Positions 50,831 to 64,000 of a stretch of DNA of 64,000 bases are shown one piece after another. The DNA lies in the NCBI GenBank assembly GCA_030265395.1, contig JARFYF010000053.1:16081194-16145193 (forward strand), read 5' to 3'. The notes beneath the pieces were generated by a model. That model did no database searches, had not been told where the DNA came from, and worked only from the letters and a program-made list of their open reading frames with translations. How positions within the stretch are numbered: the first letter of the stretch is position 1; each line of letters starts with the position of its first letter. Origin of the DNA: Rhina ancylostomus (taxonomy: Eukaryota). Both the position numbers and the translations under genes were made by a program.

Positions 50831-53800
50831 GCCCTTGGCTTTATTTTCATTGTGTTCATTTAGATATTACTGTTAACCATAAGCAGCTTCAGACTCTTTT
50901 TCCTTCAGTGGTTGAACTGTTCAAGAGCCAGAGGTTTTTAGTGGATGAGAGGAAATGGATGGCCAATTTCTTTTGATTGATAACCAGAAACTGATTTTCT
51001 GTAATGAGATACTTCACTGAATTATTTAAAGACATTCAACATCATCTTAACTTTGTAAATTCATTCCACACTAGGAAAGTACGAAGTGTCAGGCTTTGCT
51101 AAGTGATTGTAGTTTTCATTATGCTAGGACATTGGTATTGTCTGTAATTGAAGCAGAGAGACTGAAAGCAATCAACATTAGAGACACAAGGACAAATGGT
51201 TTAAAGAGAATGCTGTTTTTCCTTTCAAATAAATAGTTTAACCATCAGAACTCCTGTCAAATTTAGACCCTCAAGGGTGCTCTACCAATGTAGTGCAGGG
51301 TTTTTTTCCATCAGAGGTCCCAGACATAAGTGACTTGGGTGATTGTTCCTTGAAAGTTGATGTAATAATAATAGTTCTGCGTAAAAATAGATTGGCTCCT
51401 TTCCTTCACCTGCTAGATATTCTGTAATCTTACTTTCTCTGCAGTCAGCAGATATTCAAACTTTCCCAGTGACATCTGAACACTAGGTCTCATCCTTTCT
51501 TTCAGAAAGTCCTGAAAGTCCACGGGATGTTTGCCAGTTTTTCAGGTTGAATGTTCAAGGCAATAATAAGAGAGCACTGCATTAAAAGAGCTGCCATTGT
51601 TTGAATGGGGTGTTAAAACAAAGCTCCATCTCAAGAGGGCAATAAAGATCCTTGAGCAAATTTCTTTCAAAGAAATAATGATGTCCCCTCATTTTTCTGT
51701 CTAAGGGATCTTGCTGTGCAGATTAGCTGCCTTATTTGGTTAGCTTCCTAAAGTGATCCAAAAGTGATGTTACTGCAGGAATCTCAATGTTTTCCAAATG
51801 GCTTTGTAAAATTCCATTTCCTTTTCACTTTACATTCTCAGTATTTCTCTAAACTTAGGCCTTCTGGCTTTATAAAATACCAATGTTCTGTTTGCCTAAT
51901 GAATTATTAACAGCTATTTACTTCAGTGCAGTTATTTTAATAATGTGAGGGAATTAAATAAGAGCTTCAAAAGTAGAAAAAATGTTCAGAGTTTATCAGT
52001 TGCAGCACTGAGCACAAGAGTACTGCATTGAAGGTAAATATAAACCACTGGTTAAGCCAAAGAGAGACACTGTGCAGTTTTGACTGCTCCATGATACAGA
52101 AGATTTTAAAGCAATGATGACAATATGTTGCAAGAGTTTCCACTGGAGTACAGACAAGACAATATTTAATAGATTTTATAACTTTGTTGGGATTTAATAT
52201 AGTAAGGGTGAAAAACTATTTGCTTTGCCAAGGGGACCTGCCAAATTAAGAGAGAAAAGAGAGGTTAGGAAAATTTTCTTTACCGAGAGGACTTTTGAGG
52301 AGGGAATGCTTCAATTGAGGCAATGGCCACTACTGTACTTGAGGAAAATTGGATAGATACTTGAAGTGGAAGAAGAAACATGGCTTTGAAGGCTTTATTC
52401 TGCCTTTAATTCTAGCAGTATCTGCCTTGGAGGTGTTTGATATTAAGGTATAGAGAGAGCTCGACTCTGGTTTAACTCCTCCTGAACTTGCTCTGCAAAA
52501 TCTACACCTAATATCCACTGCTCTTTGGTGCAGGAAATTTCAAATTTCCGCTACACCTTTTGTGAAAAAATGCTTCCTGATTTAATGCCTAAATACCCTG
52601 GTTTGAATTTTATGATTATATTCTCTGTTCTTGATTTTCCACTGTTTCTTTTTATTCACCTTTTCATTATTTCAAACACTTTGAATAGATTTCAGCCTGT
52701 TGTGCACAGGGCAATTCAATCCAAGTGTGGATTATGCTTCCTTGTGCCCTATTTAACCCTTTATGAAAGGGGCCTCCTGCTTACAAGGCTGGCCCTGAAT
52801 TTAAGCTGGTGCTAGTGATGGGTGTACACAGCATAAAAGTGTTTAGGTCTGTACGAGAACACACAGTCATATTTTCAAACTATCCCCTCAAAGAGGGCCT
52901 TGTTTGGGAAGGTGGTAAGGTCAGAAGAACTTGGTAAAGTCTAATTTAAGATCAAGTGAATATTTGAGACCAGTGACACTCTTTTGGTCTAATCTCCCTG
53001 AAAGACATTCTTTATGATAGAGAAGGGAGTCATGTTGGAATTGACACAACCATTTTGTCTCCTTCAATGTCCAGCTTTCATTACAGTTTACAGACTCAGT
53101 AGCTGATGGGATTGCCCTGAAATCTGGCAAAGACTTGAAGGGCCAAATAGCCTCCATCTCTGTCAAAAGGAAATATGAGGAATAAACAGATCTGAGAATG
53201 ATCAGGTAATAACTGATATGTGTTGGGTTGCAAAACAGCTCACCCTCACAGATGAAAGGGCTATCACTTATTGTTTGGCATATCAATGTTAATTAACTTT
53301 AAAAATAGAGCAACAAAAAGCAGGCAGCAAAACAGCAAATAAACATGATTGCATTTGGAGAATGACCTAAACATAGTAATGAAATGGAGAATTAATTAAA
53401 CAAAATCATTATGCTAAATAGCGTGGGTTTTATTTGCTCTGTGAGTTCTACTGAATTAATTCCAGGTGGTGATTCTTTACTTCATCATTTACATGCATAC
53501 TGGCCCGAGTTCATCAGCCAATCAATCCATGATAACAACAGCCGTTTACAAGCTTCTGCACTCACATGCATGTGCACAAAAATACAGAGAAGTTGCTCAC
53601 AGTTACGTAGAGTGATACCAGATCTACAGTTTTGNNNNNNNNNNNNNNNNNNNNNNNNNNNNNNNNNNNNNNNNNNNNNNNNNNNNNNNNNNNNNNNNNN
53701 NNNNNNNNNNNNNNNNNNNNNNNNNNNNNNNNNGTGATCCTTTGAAGCAGGGTCGCAGTGCTGGATTCTCAGAGGACTGAGGAGAAAGCTGCTCAGATCT

Positions 53801-54044
53801 GTTTACCCAACAACGACATCACTCCCACCCCAGCAAATTTAAACACCCTCTTCCCAATATTTCTTTTACAAAGTCATATGTTTTGCTTATCAATTGGGAA
53901 GATTGGATCACCCAGGCTGAAAAGAAGCAGTGGAGGAAACTCATTTATGTTATAAGCGTTTTAGCCAAGCCAGTTCATTTGGGTTAACTGGTCTGTTCCT
54001 AAGCTGTAGACACAAAGCAAATCTCTAAATAAAGCAAATGATAT

Positions 54045-54345
54045 CCAGGGCTGAATTATAGGCTGAAATCTAAATTAGAGGTTTGACAGTTTATAAATAG
54101 AGTAGGAGATATCTGGGAATGAATCAGAGACTGGAACCTAATCAACAGGCAAGGGAATTTATAGATAGACCAATAAATAATCAGGACTCCGTTATAGACC
54201 AGAATCTAGTCCAGGGAATTAGGTGGTTTATTTATAGAAACACAAGTACTTAGGAGTGAGTTATGGGCTGGATTTAATTGAGTGATTCAAGGGTTAATAA
54301 TTGTATAGTAGACATTCAGAACTGAGTGACAGGTTTAAACCTTGT
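54045..54345 (+). repeat. Degenerate ~65-70-bp tandem repeat, about 4-5 copies
   Basis: Units like ggagtgagttata(g)actggaatctaat..agggg.....gtttatatatagaa. Confidence 0.55.
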
Positions 54346-55104
54346 TGAAAGTTAAGGTTAGATAATAAGGTCATTCCTGAAAATATTGCTATTAATAACA
54401 GCATATTAATCATGCTAACAAATAAACAAGTGGTGATGTTATTGTCATAGGTGCAGAGCAAAACTGATCATGTGGACCCTAGTTTCCATTTGTGCCCAGT
54501 AATTAGGGGAGACATAAGCTACTCTGATCTTGGATCACTGAGAGTGAGACAGACACAATGAAATTCTCTCTGGATGAACGAACAGTATGAGCTTATATTA
54601 ATGCAGCCAACATCACCATTCTGTGAGCGCATCAGTGGCCAGCATTTTCCATTTATTGCTACTGAGCCTCAGCATCACCATGGTGACCAGCTGTGGACCA
54701 ATGCTTGTCTTAGCATTACAGCTGGCATTTAAATTGAGGAGCTGCCAGACAGAGACAGGAAGACCAAGTACATGGTGCGGACAAACACACCTAGTCTGCC
54801 CTGTATTGTCCAGATCATCCATGCATGACAAAGCAAGATGCCTTCACATATGCAATCATAGCACAGAAGGAGGCTATTCAGCCCACTGTGACTCACTAGC
54901 TCTTTGAAAGAAAGCTCCAATTAAATGCTCTTCCCTGCAATTTTTTTCCAATGTCCTATAGGTTTTGCCCAGGTATTTTTCTAAACTTCTTTGGAAAGCT
55001 ACTGATCAGTTTGCTTCAAGATGTCTATTNNNNNNNNNNCCAATGTAGTCTTCTAAGTACACTGGGAATTACAAGCAAAAATTGGAAGGAAACACATTTA
55101 TTGA

Positions 55105-55285
55105 GTCAGAGAGTCATCGAATTCTACAGCACAAAAACAGGCCCTTTGGCCCAACTCATCCATGCCAATCAAGCGTTCTACTTGAGCTGGTCCCATTTCT
55201 CCTGGTTTGGCCCATATCCCTCCAAACCTTTCCTTTCCATGTACCTGTCTGAATGTCTTTTAAACGTTGTAATTTTACCTGCATC
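55105..55285 (-). mobile_element. CR1 3' tail
   Basis: cagcacaaaaacaggccctttggcccaactc...ggcccatatccctccaaacctttcct. Confidence 0.85.
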
Positions 55286-55399
55286 TATCTCCATTTTAAA
55301 TTGGTTTTGAATTAACTCCCATTACAGGGAAGGATGAACACTTTGGATAAGTTTGGGGGATTTGAATCTCAGTATTAAACACCACTTCCCAAATGAACA

Positions 55400-55590
55400 G
55401 CTTATCTTTCAGATGAGAGATTAAACAGAGACCCTATTTACTCCCTCAGATGGACTTGAAAATGTCCCGGCCCTATTTGAAGAAATTTTCTCCTTCAGGC
55501 CAACAGCACCATTATCTGTCATTTAATTCCATTGTTATTTGTTGGATCTTGCTGTATGCAAACCACACAATTGCCATGCTGGGATCTGCC
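55400..55590 (+). mobile_element. Deu-domain SINE relic (SacSINE/AmnSINE-like)
   Basis: tctttcagatgagagattaaacagagaccct...ccctcagatgga resembles the recalled Deu core. Further relics near 21160-21400, 22070-22250, 51570-51800 and 63600-63875. Confidence 0.6.
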
Positions 55591-57169
55591 CCTACCACAT
55601 ATATCAACGAGAAGGTTGGCATCATGTTGATAACTATGGCTCCATCTCCCAATTGGGGAGGTGGTCATATCATTGTTCATTGCCACTTGATATATTGTGA
55701 AATTTTGCACTCTAGTTCATACATCATGATTCCATGGGACCAAATGAGGAGAAAGGATTTGCCCCAATTCCCTTGGCCAGCGTTCATTCTCCCAATATTT
55801 TCATATTACACAAATTCTATTTATTTCAAATCTATTTTGAGATATTGTAATATGGGAATTTACTGCAAAGATAGTATTTGCAGTTTGATATGTTACTGAA
55901 TTGCAATGGTTTGAAATTGATTGATAAAAAGCTGGAATAGGTTGACTTAAGAGGAAGTTTGAAAAAGGAAATGGAAGATATTTGAAGGGTCAAAATTTAA
56001 AGGGCTTTGTTTATAGGGTGATGGGGCAGAGAGAGGCAGGGATAAGTGAACATCTACTTCAAGAGTTGGCATGTGTATAATGGGCTGACTCTCTTAGCTG
56101 CAAAAGTCTATGATTTGAGTTCCACATAAACAGTCTGTTGCCACTCCATGGAATTCCCTTGGTGAATTGTCTGAAATGGATTACTCCAGAATGAATGCTT
56201 GTCCAGTGAATACTGGTAAGCCATCTGTCATTCACTCATGTCTGGGATCTTGCTTTACCTGCAAATTCATTAAGCATTCATATAATGAAGTGTGTGTNNN
56301 NNNNNNNNNNNNNNNNNNNNNNNNNNNNNNNNNNNNNNNNNNNNNNNNNNNNNNNNNNNNNNNNNNNNNNNNNNNNNNNNNNNNNNNNNNNNNNNNNTAT
56401 AATGAAGTGTGTGTGTGTGTGTGTGTGTTTTCTGTTTGTCTGTTGAATTAGGGGAATAAGGAATAGGCAGTGGGGTGGCTTAATGGGAAGAACACAGAGG
56501 TTAAATGGAGAGAGTGATAAATTGATCCATTTGGCTGTTGTGAAGGGATGGAGTTTCTGCATTGATCATAGGCTGACGATGATGATGTCATGATTTATTT
56601 AGAGACATGTGGAGACAAGGAATCATGCAGAGGGCGGTTAGATTTGGGTGCAGAAAGTCTGATTATGTGGAGTGGAAAATGCAAGGAAACAATATTCCTC
56701 CGATCAGCGAGGAACATTTCTGGAAGGCTGCTGACCTCACCTCCTTACATCCCTTTAGCTTTGAGATTTTTTGAGACCAGCGAAACCTGGCTGGACAGTA
56801 CTGATAAAATCTTAGGCACAGAGCCTCATTAATACATCGAAAAGAGCAAAATAGGTTAGTTGGCCACCCGTCCTGCTGTAAATGTGAGTTCAAGGCAGGC
56901 TGGGTCTGGATTTGAATTTTCTTAAATTTTAACCCTCCTTGATCCAAACCCACCTGCTTTTGGAAGTAAAGTCAGCCTCCATATCTTATTCATACTTTAA
57001 TTCCCTATTTCCATTAATCTCCCTTAACAATTTAATTGTGAATTTCCTCTTTGTTTTCCTAATAGTTTTTCTTCTCATTTTATCCATGAAATTTTTCTGA
57101 TCAGCATGTTTTCCTTTATTGCCTCTGTATGTACAGTCTGACCTGTTATTTACTTTTACTTTTGGCTCC

Positions 57170-57328
57170 ATAAGACCATAAAACATCGAAGCAGAATTAA
57201 GCATTCGGCCCTTCGAGTCTGTTCCACCATTCGATCTTGACTGATTTATTTTTCCCTCTCAACCCCATTCTCCTGCCTTCTCCCCATAACCTTTGACGCC
57301 CTTACTAATCAAGAACCTATCAACCTCC
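57170..57328 (-). mobile_element. Young CR1 3' end running into an assembly gap
   Basis: cataagaccataaaacat...ctcaaccccattctcctgccttctccccataacc. Minus ORF EVDRFLISKGVKGYGEKAGEWG. Confidence 0.85.
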
Positions 57329-58819
57329 NNNNNNNNNNNNNNNNNNNNNNNNNNNNNNNNNNNNNNNNNNNNNNNNNNNNNNNNNNNNNNNNNNNNNNNN
57401 NNNNNNNNNNNNNNNNNNNNNNNNNNNNNNNNNNNNNNNNNNNNNNNNNNNNNNNNNNNNNNNNNNNNNNNNNNNNNNNNNNNNNNNNNNNNNNNNNNNN
57501 NNNNNNNNNNNNNNNNNNNNNNNNNNNNNNNNNNNNNNNNNNNNNNNNNNNNNNNNNNNNNNNNNNNNNNNNNNNNNNNNNNNNNNNNNNNNNNNNNNNN
57601 NNNNNNNNNNNNNNNNNNNNNNNNNNNNNNNNNNNNNNNNNNNNNNNNNNNNNNNNNNNNNNNNNNNNNNNNNNNNNNNNNNNNNNNNNNNNNNNNNNNN
57701 NNNNNNNNNNNNNNNNNNNNNNNNNNNNNNNNNNNNNNNNNNNNNNNNNNNNNNNNNNNNNNNNNNNNNNNNNNNNNNNNNNNNNNNNNNNNNNNNNNNN
57801 NNNNNNNNNNNNNNNNNNNNNNNNNNNNNNNNNNNNNNNNNNNNNNNNNNNNNNNNNNNNNNNNNNNNNNNNNNNNNNNNNNNNNNNNNNNNNNNNNNNN
57901 NNNNNNNNNNNNNNNNNNNNNNNNNNNNNNNNNNNNNNNNNNNNNNNNNNNNNNNNNNNNNNNNNNNNNNNNNNNNNNNNNNNNNNNNNNNNNNNNNNNN
58001 NNNNNNNNNNNNNNNNNNNNNNNNNNNNNNNNNNNNNNNNNNNATTCATTTTTAATTAGTTTCATTCTGATTTATTACAAATGTCTATGTCTAGTTATAA
58101 CTTTTTCAATCATTATTGTTTTACATCCATTATTACCTATTTAATCCCCTAAGTTTTGCTTTCTTTTCTGCTTTGGTTCATTTCATGTACTAGAGTTATG
58201 ATCTTGTTGGATTTCTATTGAACTGGGTAAGAAAAATACCCTGCACATATTGTATAAAATACATTCCATTTTCCATTTCCTCAACAAAATTTCATGGGTT
58301 TTGGAGGATTTAAAATATTCCATGATCTCTCTGTGTCTTGTAATCATTTCATTGATTTGATTAAATATGACTTTCTCCACCTTCTTTCCATTATGTGGGC
58401 AATGGATTACTCCCATTTGTCTGCTTATACCTCCTTATCCTTTGTTTCAGTCCATGTGGATTTTTTCCATCAGATACATTGTTTTTAATGATGCCTGTCC
58501 CCGACTCCAAATCTCTCCTGGTCCCCTGATGTTTGTATCCTTGGATCCCTCTTTGAGGTCTTCTACTTTCTCTCTCCCTCCTATCAATGTCTGCCTGAAG
58601 ACCCAATATATTTGAGTTCCCCCATCCACTTTCACCCTGTTGTCTGATCTTTCAGCTCCCACCAAAGATATTGATTCAGATCCCTGATTTCTTCTCTCTC
58701 TTTCCTATCGATGTCCATTCAAACCTTGATCTCTCTGTTCCCATCTATGTTCTGTTGATCCCCAATCTCTTCACACCTCGGTTGATGTTTCCCAACCCCT
58801 AATTCCCATGGTTTCTGAG

Positions 58820-59720
58820 AGGAGATGATATATTGGTCTGCACAGAAGATTGGCTGTCGGACAGGAAACAGAGAGCAGGCATAAGTGTTTTTTTCTCTGC
58901 TTGGAAGGATGTAACAGGTGGTACATTAAAGGGATTGGTTTTGGGGCTTCAACTCTTTACAATTTATATAAATGACTTGGATGAAGGCATTAAAAGGTAT
59001 GATTGCCAAATTAACGGCAAGTAAAGATAGGTCAGAAAATTAGCTGTGAAGAGGACATAAGGAAACTACAAAGAGATGAGACAAGGCAATGACTTGGCAA
59101 ATAGAATGTAATATTGGTAAAAATGAAATTGCCCATTTTGGCATGAAATTTTTTTTAAAAAAGAGGCATGTTATCCGAATGGTGAGAGATTGCAGAGCTT
59201 TGAGATGCAGAGGGATCTGAAGGTTCTAGTGCATCATTCACAAAGAGCTAGTATGCAGGCATTGTAAATTATTAGGAAAACTTATAAATTGCCATTGTTT
59301 ATTGCCAGAGGAATTGAATACCACAGTATGGAAGTTATACTTCAGTTGTACGGACATTGGTGAGCCACCATGTGGGATATCATGCATATTATTGTTCTCC
59401 TTAGGGATGTTAATGTGTTGGAAGCAGTTCAGAGAAGTTTTACTCAACTAACACCTGGAATGAGCAAGTTGTCACGTGAGGAAAGGTTGGACAGGCAAAG
59501 CTTAAATCTTGGAGTTTAAAAGAGTGAGGGGATACTAGATTGAAACATGCAAGATGACTGGGTGGTGGTGGAGAAGATATTTCCTCTTGAGGAAGAATCT
59601 ATAGACAGGAGTCACTGTTTAAAAATAAGGAGCCACCTGTTTAAGATAGAGATGAGGTAAAACGCTTTCTTTCAGGGGATCTTGAGCTTTTGGAATTCTT
59701 TTCCTCAAAGGGTGGTGGAA
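58820..59720 (+). mobile_element. CR1 LINE, RT to 3' region
   Basis: EDWLSDRKQR.GI...FSAWKDVTGG...GLVLGLQLFTIYINDLDEG. Confidence 0.88.
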
Positions 59721-62180
59721 GCTGCAGCAAGGAATCAGATTCTGAAAGGGTTGTCACATCTTGCTGTTACATTGATCAGAACATGAGGGAAACCAATTCT
59801 TCCAGGATTCTAATTCCAAAACTGCCTACTTAGATAAGGGAAGGCATATTAGAGGTATTCAAAATGTGGGCTTTTGATAGCGTACAGAAAACTATTTCTT
59901 CTGGCAAGTGGGAGGTTTATTGGGGGGCATTTTATAATTAATGAAAAAGCAAAAGTGGAAAGGAGGATAAATTTCTTTACTTAGAGATTTATTAAGAACT
60001 GGAACTCCTGATGAGTTCTTAATAACTCCTGAATGAGAAGTGAAAGCAGTTTCCAAAGAAACTTTTGGGCATGCACTTGAAGAGAATTAATTTGTAGGGT
60101 CATAGAGAAGAAACTGGTGTGGCTCCTCTGTACCATCACATGTCAAAGAGCTGTCATAGGTATAATGGGCTAAAAGACCTCTCTCCATTCTGTAAGATTC
60201 TGTGATTCTTTATCAGTTTCTACAGAATATTACATTTAATAATGATGTTTAATCTGACCTTGCATTTCAGTATTTTTTTTTATTTTCAAGGATAAAGTGA
60301 ACCTTATTTACACTATCGTACACGTTTTATGTTCCTCGATCGATATAACTCCCACAATCCTGAAAATAAACAAGTGAAAAAAAATAAGTCAGCCTAAATT
60401 GGATTGTTTTAAATTGATACGGTGCCAGTGTTTGAGCTTGCATGAAAGGTGATGGAATTATTTTGTCTGTTGTCAAGGAAACTGGCAGCATGCGCAATAC
60501 CTGTTTGGAGGGGGAAAGAGGGACTGTTGGTTGCCTGACCAGGTTATGGATAAAATCTCTCTTAACTCTTTGCTGGCCACAGTACTCAATGAGCAATCCA
60601 GTGTTGAAAGGTCATCAACCTGAAATGTTAACTCCAGTTCTCTCTCCACAAATGCTGCCTGACCTACAGAGTAATCCAGCATTTTCTGTTTTCTTGTCAG
60701 TTCTGAATCGGTTACTGTATTAACCATCTCAAGAATTAATATCTCTACATTAACCCTTTCAGTGTTAAGTCTGTTCCTACTCTATCTCTTTCAGTGTTGT
60801 CAGTTTCTGCATTCACCCCTTAGTGCTGAGGTTATTATTAACCTTTTCAATAATGCTGTATTACTGCATTCAGTCTATTGATACCGTGGCTGACATGGTA
60901 GTAACTGCTGACCACTTGATTTATTAAGCAACAAACATAATGGTAGATGAACCCAGTGGGTCAGGCAACAGCTGTGGAGGGAAATAGACAGTCAACATTT
61001 TGGGTCAAGACCCTTCATCTGGACAAAATAGTGGGATATGTTCTTGAGGTCCAGATGAAAGATCTTGACCGTAAACTGCAGTCTCTTGCATCTCCATTTG
61101 CTATGACTCACCCTCTCAGTACTGCCCATTATTATATCAACTCTCTCTGTATCATCATTTTACTATGTTAGTGCCCTAACTAGTAACTGTTTTCCTAAGG
61201 TGTACCAACCTTTACAGTTCTGACTGTAAAACTGCACACACTCAGTGCTGACTTTGGTATTAGGCCCCTCAGCATTGGCTTTATTACTTCATTAACAGTG
61301 CCGTCTGTGTTTTGTATGAATGGTCTCAATGCTAACAGTACTTTTGCTGAATACATTAAAATTCAATTTATGAAGTAACATCAGCGTTTGCCTTGGATAA
61401 GCTCAGTTTAAATATGCCCCATTAAAAGTGGGTTTAGCAGGCAATGTAGTGGGTTATGTTCTTGAGGACAAGGATGGCGATGGACAAGAGTGGAGCAAGT
61501 GACAAGAAGTAATGCAGTGGAGACTTACGTCACTATAGGAGGTTATTTAACATGTCTGCTCTGTGCCAGCTCTTTAACAAAGCTACCCAAAAACAGCCCT
61601 GTTTCTTTGCTCTCTCCCAAGAGCTCTGAGCCTATTTCCACTTACTTTGGTCATTTGAATGCAATTATTTAAACTCAGTCAACCAGTGAAAGATCCACAT
61701 TGTTATACTGTCTTTTCAAGAATCCTGCTGCCTATATATCCTAACTAGCACCAAGTCTCATTTACTATCACCCCCTGTGCTTGCAGACATACTGGAAATG
61801 GTTCAATTTTAAAACTCTCATCACCCAGTAACCTCACCATATCTCTATGAATGTAATCTCCATCAACCCTACAATCTTCCATAATCTCTACATTCTTCCA
61901 ATTCTGTTCCTTGACTTTAATCACTGCACTATACCATGCCGTTCACCACCGAACTTCCACTGAATATCCCTAAACCTCTCCATTCTACCTCATTGACCAA
62001 TCATTTGATCACTCATATGACCTCTCTTTGCTGCTCAATGTTAAACCTTGTTTGTATTGACTTCTCTAGATTGCCTTGGTATGTTGATAAACTCATTGTA
62101 AATAGAACCAACTAGCATTGCAACATATCTAATTGCTTTGGCATGTTGTAACTCGTAAATGCTAGTTGGTTTTATTATTG

Positions 62181-62564
62181 AGACCCAAGTTGCTGCAGAT
62201 TCCATCTTCTGCAGTCGGCAGCAACAAACAAAAGCTCATCAGGCCAGGCAGCATCTGTAGCGGAAAATGGACTGTCAGCCTTTCAGGTCAAGGCCCTTCA
62301 TCTGGACTGAAAGATGGAGGTGGGATAGCCAGTGTAAAAGAGTGAAGGGAAGGGTTGGAGCAAGAGCTAGCAAGTGATAGATAGATCTAGGTGAGGAGGA
62401 GTGATTAGCAGAGGGAGGACGGGAGGCTGGAGATCACAACGGTCTGGGGAGGGTGATAGGTGGAAGTGACAAAGGGCTGCAGATGACGGAACCTAAAACA
62501 TAGACTGTCTATTTTCCTCCACAGATGCTGCCTGACCTGCTGAGTTCATCCAGCATTCTGTTTT
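62181..62564. mobile_element. Penelope-derived fold-back element with 16-bp target-site duplication
   Basis: Identical gttggttttattattg at 62165-62180 and 62565-62580. Inverted arms caggcagcatctgt / acagatgctgcctg. Confidence 0.85.
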
Positions 62565-64000
62565 GTTGGTTTTATTATTGTTATACTCCTCAATGGTCCA
62601 GTGATTACACACACACCTGCTGTGGCACTAAGTTACTATAAGAGAAAGGATATTATTTCTTGGCCTACATTAAGTGACTAATTACAAGTCACAACAACAG
62701 TTGAGATCCCACCATCAGCCCCCGTGCCTTCTAGACCAGTCAAATCCTAAGGTTTGGTGTTTGGCACGTGGAGCTATCAGAATCCATTTGAATTCAGCTG
62801 GGATGTCACAGGTAAGTTACCTTTAGGCACTCAGACATCAATAGTGATCCATTGGAAACATAATGGAATGCAGTGTGTTATTATTATGCAATTGAAGGGC
62901 ATGTAACAGCAATGGTGTTTACAGAGTCCTTGAATGAAAGGTGATTTTACATGAGGGATATGTGGCCAGTGGAAGTAGTGGGGCAGTAGGTTGGTGGTGA
63001 CCCTGGAGTTGGCATGAGAAGGAAATCACAAAATGAACTGTGGGGGAAATTCGAAACAAGTGGTCTGGGGCTCAAGGGTTTCCAAGGGCAGCAGATAGGT
63101 GATAGGTGTTGGTTGAAAATGGGGTTGAGGGTTTCATGTGAAGGAGGTTGCACTTCTGGACTGGGACATGGTGGAAAGACAAAGGCAAGCTGACTGCTGA
63201 AATGAGTGTTAACCTACAGACCTATCGGATCGCTTTAATGATATGGTGGTGTCGGTGGACCAAGGTAAAACACTGAATACTTCATTATTTGACATTCTGA
63301 AGCAGTTGATAAGAATCCGTCAGATGATGAAAGGTAACTGGAAGGGCATTTTGGAATTGATTCCTTCATTTCCAAAGTGTGCATTTATTTCTCTGAAGAA
63401 GCGCAAGCTCCCTGCACCTGTGAAACAGATACATTCCACCTGCCACCATCTTGTCCCTTATCTGCAAATGTTCAGTATTAGTTTGGATAAAACTGTAAAC
63501 AGTTCTGTGCTGTCCTTGTTTCCAACAGCCAGGCTTAGACTGTGCCAACTCATTTCAGGCGGAAGAAGAGCCAGCTAGTGTCAGCTTGACTTAGACTATA
63601 GCATTGTTGCCTCGGCATCAGAGAATTGTAAGGTGAAATCCTGATGTGTTAAGCACATTATTTTTAAGATAGAGGAGCAGCACCAAGGAAAGCCTGCTTC
63701 AGAGTTCCTCAGATATGATGCTAAACTGTGACACCATCTTCATCATTAAATGGATATCTTGAGAAACTGGATAAAGAAACATGACCTGCATCAAGAACGT
63801 ATTTCATACATGCCCTAATTGTAAATGTTTTGGGACATCCTAAGTTTGTGAAAGGTGCTGTATAAATGCAAACCTTTTCTTCCAGTATTGACCATGGACA
63901 AAGTGGCTGCTAAGTTTTCTACAAAAGCATAAAGGGACCAGTACCATATGATGTGCTGAGAATTTTATGCATCAGATCAGTGGCTGTTACAGGGCTTCAC

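Noticed and set aside
48400-64000. A second gene downstream of KCNC4
   Set aside because: No ORF with a recognisable non-transposon domain. Small exons of a neighbouring gene cannot be excluded by eye.

Overview
Vertebrate genomic DNA, most likely a cartilaginous fish (inferred from HE1-like V-SINE, Deu-domain SINE, CR1 and Penelope relics), from a gapped draft assembly. It contains one complete + strand protein-coding gene, a Shaw-family voltage-gated K+ channel best called KCNC4 (Kv3.4). The gene has a CpG-island promoter (~2.2-3.7 kb), four coding exons (3018-3656, 38256-39180, 41842-41997 or 42032, 43672-43733) and a poly(A) signal at 44678. Most other sequence is intron or intergenic DNA filled with decayed LINEs (CR1, Rex/Babar, Tx1, RTE), SINEs, Penelope-derived fold-backs, two solo LTRs, a hAT relic and degenerate minisatellites. 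The most striking observation is a CR1 LINE, itself carrying a nested solo LTR, inserted inside coding exon 3. It adds an in-frame stop and cuts off the ancestral ...RK-G exon end. A consensus, same-phase donor (CTG|GTGAGT) 29 nt upstream appears to rescue splicing to the still-intact last exon. I see no evidence of a wholly new biological system. Comparisons to human Kv3 sequences and repeat families are from memory, not database searches, and repeat boundaries are approximate.
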